Source of the DNA: Basidiobolus meristosporus CBS 931.73
Taxonomy: Eukaryota; Fungi; Basidiobolomycota
Length of the DNA stretch: 64,000 nt
Assembly (NCBI GenBank): GCA_002104905.1
Contig: MCFE01000436.1
Coordinates: forward strand, 11,387-75,386
Direction of reading: 5' to 3'
Of this stretch, positions 49,165 through 60,816 are shown piece by piece (positions within the stretch are counted from its first letter, which is position 1; each line of letters starts with the position of its first letter). Both the position numbers and the translations under genes were made by a program. Under the pieces are notes generated by a model that made no database searches, was not told the DNA's origin, and saw only the letters and a program-made list of their open reading frames with translations.

Positions 49165-50599
49165 CTACTGGCTGGTGCCGACATGGAGTCTCTCGAAGGC
49201 AGCAGACACCTCGTCCTCCGCGATGACCACGTGCATCTTTTCCCCGCTGCATCCGCTTATTACCTTCACCTTGCTTTTCAGCTGCTTGCAGAGACAGTCG
49301 ATGCTCAGATGCGCAAATTCGGGATTGGTTGCGAACTTCTCCCATACGTCTCTAGCGCTGAGATACTTCCGACGAGAGCTTGGCTTAGTGAGGAAACCAT
49401 GGTCAGAAGTCTCGCTTGGTGGAGTACCATTCTCTTCTAGTTCAAGCACTAACCTCTCAGTGGAGACGGAAGTGGCTGGCAACCCGATCGCTACACAAGT
49501 TAACGACTCGCACAATGCAGCCTCGTCGCGGCTCTTTGGAATGCAGGGGGCTTCAGAAGATGGAACCTCCGTAGTGATCCCGCAACACGATGACGTGATT
49601 ACCTTGGTATCAAAGCTACTGGGAGTCTTGCAACACGATCCAGTGCCGATACTCTGTAGATTGGATTGTATGTCCATCGGCGGGTCAGGGCAGTAAAGGG
49701 GTTGATAGTACTTTGGGGATTCGTCGACTGCCGCTTTCGGGTAGGGGGAAAACGCATTAGCTAGGCTGGGTGGGTATGAGTTTGGCATGGGGAGTAGCTC
49801 CGAGTCCAGGCTGCTGGACAAGAGGCCCAAGGGCGACGGAGCGTCCGAAAGGCAGTTGATAAGATCAAACGGTTTGGAAGCGGGGAAGTTCTGGACCGGA
49901 GCGTTCTCGCACGGAGAAAAGCTGACTTCCGAAATGGGCATGACCGCTTCGGCCGAGGAGATCGGGGGACCGTTCAAGTCGGAGAGTTGAGGAAACTCGA
50001 AGCTGGCCGGAATCCCTCTGAATGGGGCCTCCGAGTTGACCATGCTGCCCACACTGTAGCTGTAAGTGGGCTCGAGTTGTGGGTTTCTTGGCGAGCCGTA
50101 GGAGGGGTTCGAGCTCCGATCCATCCTCTTCAACGCCTTGTTCTCCGTCTCCAGCTTCGCCAGGTACTCCTTCAGCTCGAGCAGCTCCTTCTGCAGCAGG
50201 GAGATTGCGTTGCTATGCGATGACTCACAGGTCTTCACCTTCTTCTCCAGGTCCTCCACGTAGTACTTTTTGCGCTCGCGAAAGGCGCGCTGCGCGGTTA
50301 AGATCTGCGCCTTGCGTTTCTATTGGTCGGTGATTAGCCAAGGTGCTGCGAGGATTCGAGCAATAACTACTTACACTGTCTGGGATGTTGGTTAGAGGCT
50401 TCCGCCCGGGTTTCTTGTGATATGTTTTGTCGGCTTGTTGAACCACCTCTGCAGAATAGTTAGTACAGTTGGCAGGGGGAGACGCGCAGACGCAGTCGGA
50501 CCACTTACTAGGATTCTCGGAGAAACGGAAGTCTTGATCCTTGCTAAGGTCAAGCAGGCCGTAGGCAAACTTTCCTGGTTTCTGCACTTCAGAGGTCAT
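49165..50599 (-). CDS. AP-1/Yap1-like bZIP transcription factor with a PAP1-type C-terminal Cys domain; exons 50599-50375 and 50319-49165, about 459 aa
   Basis: KKPGRKP, then a 55-nt GTAAGT...CTAAT...AG intron, then KRKAQILTAQRAFRERKKYYVEDLEKKV; C-terminus VWEKFATNPEF...IDCLCKQLKSK...VVIAEDEV resembles the Yap1 c-CRD. Confidence 0.88.
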
Positions 50600-50700
50600 C
50601 TGGAACTCAGTGCACCTTGTCGATAGTAATCAAAGAAGCCAGCAATTGCTGGATGGCGGGCCAATTTATTCAGATCGCTCGACAGAAATAGAAATTCCAT
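50596..50700 (-). other. 34-codon upstream ORF whose TGA overlaps the bZIP ATG (ATGA)
   Basis: ATG GAA TTT ... TCC AGA TGA; the main ATG is at 50599-50597. Confidence 0.5.
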
Positions 50701-53289
50701 GAGATCAAGGAAGAGTGCGATTACCTGAAAACAAAAATCAAGTCCTTTTCCATATCAATCCAGCTCCATATTTAGCACCACGAATCTTTTTCACTTGATC
50801 CTTATTTTCTTCGTGGAACTCCCTTTTTTGCGTCCGCGTCCCCTGACTTAGAGGCCAATCATAGGCACCGCCGCATCTTGGTCCGTCTTCAGGAAAACAA
50901 TCAGATCCCTTCCAGCACTCACTACACCAGGACCTTCCAATCAGCCATCAGGGCCGCATTGACCACAGTCACAATTATGAGCTCCCTAGCCGCTACGACT
51001 GCAAGCGAGCCACGTTGCCCCGCTCGCACTAGACGGCAGCAGCCCAGCTAAGATTCAGTGCAATATCGACAACCCAATACCAGGAGGACCGTGTTGGCAT
51101 GATCCAGCCCAGCACCAACCCTTTTGGTGCGCCATGCTTACGGCGATCTGCACACGCAGAACCAACCGCCATGAGGCACCTTGGGCATTTTGCCCATTGA
51201 TAAACCCTTATTTGACAGCCGATATTTGATCGTGGTGGCAAATGGTGGCCAAGAAATTCGCGGTCAAATGTATACCACCCAGATTCCGGGATTTGCCTCT
51301 AAGGAGCGGTGCAGAGTTCTCCGGAGACCCACGTCAGCCTGGCTTCACGACGGCAATCCCTTGGAGCGAGTAATGGTCGGATAGATATGTGGCGTGGTGC
51401 GCCATGGACGTACAGCTACTGACCAATGTGGTGGATAGAGCTTTCCCTCGAGTGTAGAAAAATTTCCTGAACTTATGAGACTCCTTCCAAGTGATAAAGT
51501 TTTTGCCGAGAGAACGCCACTGCCATTAGCTGGCAAACCCCGGCTGGAGGGCTGATGGCTAATTGTAGCGACAGCTGGCTAGCTAAGCCACGGCTGGCTT
51601 GCGGCGGCTTCGGGGCAGATGTCAGAACATCATGGCGGTTGTTTCGGTGCGGATACGGGTCGAGCCATGGATGTAACCCTGAACCTGACCTTCACCCTTC
51701 TTGGAGTCTGGTACCATACGTCAGCGCTCGATGCCAAACGGCAAACCCAACTCGATCTGCAGTTACCCACTCCAAGCTGATACTTGCGCACGGTTAATAT
51801 ATTGCGCCTGAAATGGGAATGATAGTCCATCGACCAATTCATGCGGTGATGTCATCCAAAAAAATACGAATTCTATCATTAAAAATCAAATCCAATTAGG
51901 AATCGGTCGAAACGGTCAGTAGAGCCTCACAATCCACTGGTGCTCGCCAAAAATGGTCACGGAAGTCACCAAACATAGACCGCGCGAAATACGTTCACAT
52001 CAGATACTGGGATGAGAATCAGGTGCCCACCGGCACGGAAGCTAGCTTGATGCATCTAGCCAGCATCGACGGTTTTCACCGGCAAAGTGGGCCACTCTGA
52101 TGTGCATTCAGAGCCTATAACAGCGTACCCATCAATCCTCCAGTTTAAGAGGCGAGGTGCATTGGAGAATTTGTGACTCGGCACAAACAGAGGGCCGCAC
52201 CGCAGCCCTGTTAGAACCAGCATTGGATGTTGTTTGGAAAACGGCGCTTGGCATACGTTTCTGAACCAGAAAATCCGTATGGGCAAGCCAGTTATAGCAA
52301 CTCTTTGGACAAAATGAGAGCACGGTAAGGATCGGAAGGGACACTTGAGGCTACAATTTGGTGAAGAATATCACTGTTTTCAGAAGTTCGAGAGCTTGAT
52401 CGGTCTCCTGGGGACTTTTGGACAATTGAACACGGTGAAATCAGACTTCTCCATTTCGATTAGAAGGTAGCAAAGATGGCAGCTTTGGGATGCTGCACGT
52501 AATTGCGGATGAATGGAACGCTTTAGAGAGGTCTTGAAATTTGCATCCAGGATTCTATCGAACACCCAGCCGGGTGGCAAGATCAGATATCGATAATGGA
52601 GATGTATGAGGTGTCAAAATGATAAGCTTCAAAGCGGAGTCGCATGTACATGATCTTCCTATTCGTATGATTCCCGGCCAAAGCTGAGCTGCTTGTTGAC
52701 ATTCTGTAGGACGAATTTGATGGTGCCTCTATCCCATTGCTCGAGGTTGTGCGTTGGATCGTGAGGAATCCACACTGATGGTCTATATCCCATTACTTGA
52801 CTGGATCAGACCTGATCAAAAGAATGAACGATCTAGATTTGGGTTTTGAGATTCAAGGTTTCATTGGCGCCTTTGATGTTCGTGTTTAACAATAGCCCAA
52901 ATTCGGCGTCAATGCGTTATTTTTACTTCCAAAAGTGGACTTGATGGGGATCAACGTAGGGTCACCTTTTGGAGACTCCATCCAAACACAAATGGTCCCC
53001 TTGTAACACAACGATATTTCTATTGCAAGGAATCCGTCAGGATGGCCACTTGCTATTGTTTACACTTGGCAGAGAGTGATCGTGCATGCACAGAGACTCG
53101 CCGGTGATACCCCTACCGAACTGGACAAGTAACAATAGATTGTAGAACTATAAGCATTCAATGCTTCAATACTAGCACATAGAGTAGTTTTGAATCTGAG
53201 TTGATGAATGTTTCTGGGACTTCACAGCTGTTGAATTATGGAAAAGACTGGAAATTTCAAATAACTTGATCTAGTATAAGTGTGTAAGT

Positions 53290-54330
53290 AATGAAGAATA
53301 ATTCCACCTAAATATTCACCTAACTTAGTCACTTAGATCATTACCTTCAAATCCTAGAGAATACTGACCAAATTCCTTGTCGGGATTTACTTAGAATATT
53401 TACCCAGAACATGAAAATTCTCAGAGTTGTCCAAACAGCCCCAAACTTTGCTCACATGCTCTTGGGACCTTCCTTAGCCTATTCTACGTGTTTGTAATGC
53501 CAAGACCAGGTAAAAGTATAAATACTACTTTGACATTCAATAAATCACTAAGTGAAAACCACATAATCTACTTGTTCTCCCAATCACTTCCAATATCTCC
53601 AAGACTCTTACAACAGAATCATTGTCTACAAATCTTAGAGAATTCTGGCCAAACTCCTTGTTGGGATTTACTCAGAATATCTTCACTAAAACATCAGGTA
53701 CCAGAGCAAGAAAAATCTCCAAGTTTTCTCTAAAACATCATGCGTATCCTATTTTGCACATCAGTACTTAGATTGTTCAGGGTAGTGCTTGTTGTAAAAG
53801 TTTGTAATTGCACCTAAATATTCACCTAACTTGGTCACTTAGGTCATTACCTACAAATATTAGAGAATTGTGACCAAACCCCTTGTTGGGATTTACTTTG
53901 AATATTTTCACCAAAATGTCAGGTATCCATAACATGTATTTTCTCGAAGTTGTCCAAGCAGCCCCAAACTTTGCACACATATTCTTGGGTCCTTTCTGAA
54001 CATATTTCGTGTGTTTGTTTGGCTAAGACTATGTAAAAGTATAAATACTACTTTTACATTCAACAAATCATTGAGTGAAAACCACATAATCTACTTGTTC
54101 TCCCAGTCACCTCCAGTTTCTCCAAAACTCTTGCAACGCCAAGAACATGTGTTTGAAGTTTGAAGGGCTTTGGACAGCTTTGAGATTTTTTCATGTCCTG
54201 GGTGCCTAATATTTTGGTAGAATATCTTGCTCAAATACTTGTCGGGATTTGCTTAATGTATTCTAAGATTCATATGCTATGATCTGAGTGACCAAGTTGA
54301 TGGAATATATAGGTGTAATTACGAAATTTA
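53290..54330. repeat. Cluster of three to four copia solo or partial LTRs inside the gene island
   Basis: About 53290-53615 is a near copy of the young LTR; older copies at about 53790-54137 and 54140-54330. Confidence 0.85.
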
Positions 54331-55441
54331 CAATCATGCCAACCCCTGCATGCTCCTTGATCTCCCAAGTATGGCTTTGAGCAAAAGTCAGTCGTGCTTG
54401 CCACCATATCTCCAGATACAGAGTGGAGACGTGCATCATGCTTGTATTCCACTGCGCATCCAATGCAATGGCAGAAGTATACACACTCACCGCATTCATT
54501 CCTACAATGTGGTCCCAACTAGGATGGGGATTCGAATTTTCGGCCAACTGAATACTGCTTGGTGGCATGAACTTGAGTAGAAAAAGGTCAGCCACGGGAA
54601 TAGGCCGTTTGTAGACCCAGTGAAAGGGGCTTCGTGAGCCGGCATAGAGAGAGTGTGTCGGAGATTGGTGGTACCAGGGCGAGTAGAAAACTAAACATCC
54701 CATGACAAAAGCCTCCCGGCCACCCCAAGGTACCATCTCTGAAGCAGATGGGGATGCACGTTGGATCGATTGGTTTGAAACCACCACGGATTTGGTGACT
54801 GGTTTGGTGGCGTTGTTTCTGACATGTCTGGTTGGGTGTGGGTTTGTTAGAAGTGCAGAAAAACCCCCCTACCGCCGCCCAAAAATGATCCCGCGGAATA
54901 TGGTAAACGATCGGTTTATTTATGGTCGATCAAACTGGATCTGGGGTGGAACTTCGGGGGAGGAGGGTGCACAAAGTGGACAAGTATGGTGGGTGTGCAA
55001 AGCGGAATGGGTAGATATTAGCATGCTCCTTGGCAGAGGGTTTTCTTGGCGAATAGTCGCATTACATTAGTAGGCACTTCGGGTGACGGTCTGTAAATGT
55101 TGATGTCGAAGTTGGAGGAGGGGGGGGGGGAATTTATATCTATCGATATATGATGAGTAGGATAGGTGCCAATCAAAACGTACGATACTTGCTAAGGAGC
55201 ATCATAAACCAGCAAGAAGAGATTATATGCAAAGAGGAGCGATTATGTATATTCACAGGGCATGCTGAAGCTGAAACGGATGCTGATGTGGTTGGTTTAC
55301 TAAAATATCGAGCTATCGGGAGATTCAGACATTGCGAAGCTCGTAGTTCTCGTTGCTGTGGTCGGTTCTCTCTAGCATGGGTGATTGTGGAAGAGCATCC
55401 CCATTCTCGAGCTGGCGCCCGGTTATGTAGCGCACGGGAAT

Positions 55442-55964
<523 letters not shown>

Positions 55965-56574
55965 GGGCCTAATGATTTACTAGGTGTTCAAGAATGCAGC
56001 ATTAGAAAAGAACGAACAAAGAAGCAGATGACAAGTAAGCACCTTGGAGATATTGTTTATGTGAAGTATCCGCCAACGAACAGCTATTATATTGAAGTGG
56101 GATTACTGAGTATATATACCGAAAGACTAGCTAGAAGTAAAACAAAAAGGATAAACGAAAACGACCGATGTGGTAGGCGGAGGGATCAAGTATACAAGCA
56201 CTCCCTCAAGCGCACCAAGAAATCCAGAAATGCCAATCCGATTGGCTGGATTAGCAGGTGGCCACTAGCATTTGCTCATAGATAATGTTTATGTGAGTAA
56301 CGAAGCTCTTAATACCTGCATTCATTATTTCAATCCACTTTATTGAATTGAGGTTGGTGTGGGTTAAATCAATGTCACCATTGTACAATGGCCATGTACG
56401 TTAATGCAGAATCATAAGCACCGCAGCTGATGTTGAGTATCTTCAGTCACATTGCGATGGCTCCAAAATTTCCCATCCATAAAAAAATCCATCCATCAAA
56501 TGTTTTGTCTGCAAAACCAATAAAGAAATCGGGCCCATTCTCGGTATACACATATTTACTGTTGTGGAGAGCAC

Positions 56575-58497
56575 ATGCCGCGTGAAATCATTACTCTACA
56601 GGCCGGGCAATGCGGCAATCAAAGTATGCATGTTCTACCTTGTGTTTCTGTTGATCTCATGTTCACCTATTTCGTGTTCAAGTTGGCGTTGAATTTTGGT
56701 CCCAGCTCTGTGCTGAGCATGGAATAAACAAGGATGGGATACTAGAAGACTTTGCAGTGGAAGGTGTTGATAGAAAAGACGTGTTTTTCTATCAGGTACG
56801 GAGAAAGAGGGCGATCAACCGCCATTACGAAGCGACTGTAGTAGTAACTTTTCCCAACTAGGCTGATGATGATCATTATATCCCAAGAGCCATATTGGTC
56901 GATTTAGAACCAAGAGTATGTATTCCTCGAACCTACCACACCACCATAGCCTAAGCCTCTAACTCTCTCCTCTGACTATAGGTTATCAACAACATTACTT
57001 CCTCAGAGTATGCCAATCTCTACAATCCGGAGAATATTTTTGTTTCCAAGGACGGCGGAGGTGCTGGCAACAACTGGGCACATGGTTATGGGCAAGGCGA
57101 TAAGATATATGAGGAGGTCTTTGATATGCTGGACAGAGAAGCTGAAGGAAGTGAATCGCTAGAGGTATGGCCTACAGCGTGGGTGGTGGCGGATAAACGA
57201 GCATCCGTTAACTAGTTCTCCTACACAGGGATTTATGCTTCTTCACTCTATTGCTGGTGGTACAGGCTCTGGTCTTGGGTCTTTCCTTTTGGAAAAATTG
57301 AATGACCGCTTTCCCAAGAAATTGATTCAAACATACTCCGTATTTCCCAATAACGAGGAGGTGTCGGATGTTGTTGTCCAACCGTATAACAGTATCCTGA
57401 GTTTGAAGCGGTTAACGCAGAATGCTGACAGCGTGGTAAGCTCTCAAGAAACAGTTTGCTTTGCGTAGTATCGGGTTTACTGAATCAGGTTATATAGGTC
57501 GTGTTGGACAATGGTGCTCTAACAAGGATTGCGGTCGACAAGCTACACATCGAGACGCCTACTTTTGCCCAAACAAACCAACTTGTCTGTTCTTATTCGT
57601 GCTCGCCCCTCTACATTGAACCTTGCTAACCTGGTTTCCCCATTCTAGGTATCTACCGTTATGTCTGCTAGTACTACCACTCTTAGATACCCCGGATACA
57701 TGAACAATGACCTTGTTGGCCTCATCGCTTCTCTTATCCCTACTCCTAAATGCCATTACCTGATGACTTCTTATACTCCATTTACTAGCGATGCCGGGGA
57801 TATGGTACCTAATTCACACATCCTTTTTATAGGTTTCTTATTTCCATCTAACATCGTCCCTCTAGTCTAAAGCTGTTCGAAAGACTACCGTTTTGGATGT
57901 TATGCGTCGCTTGCTTCAGCCCAAAAACAAGATGGTCTCTACCAACCCCAGTAAAAAGAGTTGCTATATTTCCGCTCTCAATATCATCCAAGGGGAAGCT
58001 GATCCCACTGAGGTTCATAAATCACTACTAAGGATCCGCGAGAGACGTCTTGCCCAGTTTATTCCTTGGGGACCTGCCAGTATCCAAGTTGCTTTAACCC
58101 GAAAATCCCCCTATGTGCAGACCCAACATCGTGTGAGTGGGTTGATGTTAGCTAACCATACTAGTATCGCCTCGGTAAGCCATATACACCTCTAGAGTCA
58201 TCCGCCTGCTCGATATTAACCATCCTGCTTCTTGTAAAAGCTCTTCAAGCGTGTTTGTGACCAGTATGATCGCCTTAGAAAGCGTAACGCCTTCATCGAT
58301 CGCTACAAACAAGAAGCAATCTTTTCAGATGGACTTGACGAATTCGACGATTCCAGAGAAGTGGTACAGGATCTCATTGATGAGTATCGCGCATGTGAAA
58401 ATCCGGACTATATCAGCCATGTACGTAGAATGCCCTCTTTGATGCTTGTTTCCCATGTCTGATCTTTTTCAATTCCCGATTCTAGGCCCAGAACTGA
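56575..58497 (+). CDS. TUB4: Gamma-tubulin, 9 introns, apparently intact
   Basis: [78 protein letters not shown]. Confidence 0.97.
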
Positions 58498-58838
58498 TAG
58501 ATGGTGGCTAGAGACTTTTTAGAATTAAGTTTGATATTGTACCATACCGTTGTTTTTGCCTTAGACAATAAATACAAGATGCTATATGGGCGCCTTTGTT
58601 CCATGAATCTTATCGGAATGCCGGATATAGCAAAGGCGTATGGCATGGAGTAGAATTTCGTTGAAATATAAAAGTGGAATTCAACTGCAGTGAAGAATGT
58701 GACGTTGAGGATTGCTGAGGCTAGTATTAATTGATTTGTCATTGTATTTCATATTTGAGCAAAGAACCCAAATCATATGACTCCACCTGATAATATATAT
58801 ACGCCTTGTAGTACAATGGATTTTTGCCAGCGTCTACC

Positions 58839-60480
58839 ATGCCGGTTACCTTTCACCTTTTGCTGCCGCTGATATTCTTGTTGACCGTCTTCGGGCCTGG
58901 TTTTCAAAGCGTCTCGATATTTCCTTATTTCAGCCTCACCCTCTCACTCTATTACGTTACTCATACTCAGTTTTTCAACCTACTCTTTCTGAGTCTTGCT
59001 TTAAGTCTTGGGTCTACTTTCGCCTACTTGGGGGTGTTACAAAACCATGAATGGGCTTTAGAGGGGATCCTGATTACTATTGGTAGTTGTTTCTTGATTG
59101 GTAGTGTTCTAACGCTACCTTTCGTTATCTATAAAGTGTTTTTGACGCGCTGGAGCAATCTCCACTTATCAACACTTGTTTTCCCTATATCCTGGACTGG
59201 AGTCTGGATTGTCTATTACTATATCAGCCCTATCGGAAGCTGGGGAAGTTATGCCTATTCGCAATTTGGGATCGAGCCAATTGTCCAGCTTTCTTCAATT
59301 GCTGGTATTTCAGCTATCGATTTCTTGTTATCCTGGTCTGCTTCGGTCTTCAATCTTCTGCTGAATTGGGAATACTTCAACTCCTTTCAAACGATTTCTG
59401 GGGAAGAGCAGCCACTGTTGGCTACACAGCAGAGAGACCGTTCTTCACCGGCAGAAATCAAGCTTCCATGGAAAAAACTGACCACACCAGTTGGTATTTA
59501 CCTCTCGGCTGTCATCGTTTTGTTCTCTTATGGAGCGGCACGACACAACATCCTGCCAGGGTCATTCTATATGAAATTCATTGATCATGCCATTGTGCCG
59601 ACTGTCAAACTGGGCTGTGTCATTGGCAACAATATTGAATCAAAGCAGTCCGATTACTTCGATCAAACTCGCGATTTGGCAAACAAAGGTGGAAATATCA
59701 TTATTTGGTCGGAATCTGCTGTCTCGGTCAAGAATCCGAAGAGTTATGATAGCCTGATGAACCAGGCACGCAACGTTTCCGCAACATACGGAATCTACCT
59801 TGGTGTTACTTACAACAAGCAATATCCAGGGGAGAAGTATTCCCAGAACATGGTGACATTGTTTGATCCAAAAGGGCAAATTGCGTACAAGTATCAGAAG
59901 TCTCACCCAGTTGTAATAGTTGAGAGTCATATCGCCCCTGGACCCAAAGTTATCCCGTATGTCGATACTCCGGAATATGGCCGTCTCGCAAGTGCTATCT
60001 GTTTTGATTTGGACTTCAATACGTTCATGCGACAGGCTGGAGAAAACGAGGTTGATTTTCTTTTGCAACCTTCCTGGACTTGGGGTAATTATCATGGTAG
60101 TTTTCGCTGTCAGTGCCATGTATGTTTACTTGGATATTTCGATTTTAACAGGTCCTATCGGAAAATATCATTCCGAAATCCAGTCTTTCCGTGCAGTTGA
60201 GAATGGAATGAACTTGCTTCGTTGTAGCTCATGGTCCCCAAGTACGGTTTATGACCCGTTCCATCACATTTATGCGTACAAACAGAACCTTGGGGTTGGC
60301 TCTATGTTGGCCGAAGTGCCTTTACGTCGTCATACCAAGACCTTATACACCATCTTCGGTGATTTGTTTGCCTGGTGCTGCTTTGCCGCGACCCTTTTAT
60401 ATGTCACTGTTTCATGGATCCCATTGGCCACAATAGGGAAATGGCCTGCTCTTGTACAGCTTCTCAATGCTAAGCAGTAG
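58839..60480 (+). CDS. Membrane-bound nitrilase-fold protein resembling apolipoprotein N-acyltransferase (Lnt); one intron at 60085-60151
   Basis: Multiple TM helices with WGSYAYSQ, then IIWSESAV (E), YQKSHPV (K), AICFDLDF (C), RAVENG, and a final TM helix after TLYTIFGDLFAW. Confidence 0.85.
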
Positions 60481-60816
60481 AGCCAATTTGTGCAAATAGT
60501 CAAGTTCTCCTAACTGTATTTGATTTGTTCAGAGAATTGAGGGCATGCTAAATTTTGACCGCTTTAGTGGTTGGCAGCCTATATGTGCATTTATTTTACT
60601 TTGAAATGATTAAATGCATTTATCCCACTCTAAACTCACCTATCATATCGATGCTCCAACATTGCATTTGCCAAAAAGTCCCATTTATATGGCTTTACAA
60701 AGCTTACCGTTGTTCGTGTAAATACTGAAATGCAAGTTCAAGTAAGTATCCTCCGAGCTTTCAAAGAACATACCTTAATGTCACGATTCTTCTTATGTTA
60801 GCAATCTTCTAAGCAA

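Noticed and set aside
50285-50310. NRAA appearing in an alternative frame of the bZIP basic region, suggesting compensating frameshifts
   Set aside because: Point substitutions (AAC>ATC, CGA>TTA, GCC>ACC) explain the main frame more simply; probably coincidence.
49136-50333. Plus-strand ORFs overlapping the bZIP (49136-49696, 49987-50223, 50079-50333)
   Set aside because: Antisense shadows of a GC-rich coding exon with no recognisable motifs.
55120-55130. 11-nt G run (possible G-quadruplex)
   Set aside because: A single homopolymer without four spaced G tracts; unremarkable.
55400-55440. R-x-IT-x2-Q-x-E after the CDC42 stop, resembling the Cdc42 RPITxEQGE segment
   Set aside because: Only five residues match with nothing conserved around them; insufficient to claim read-through or a remnant.
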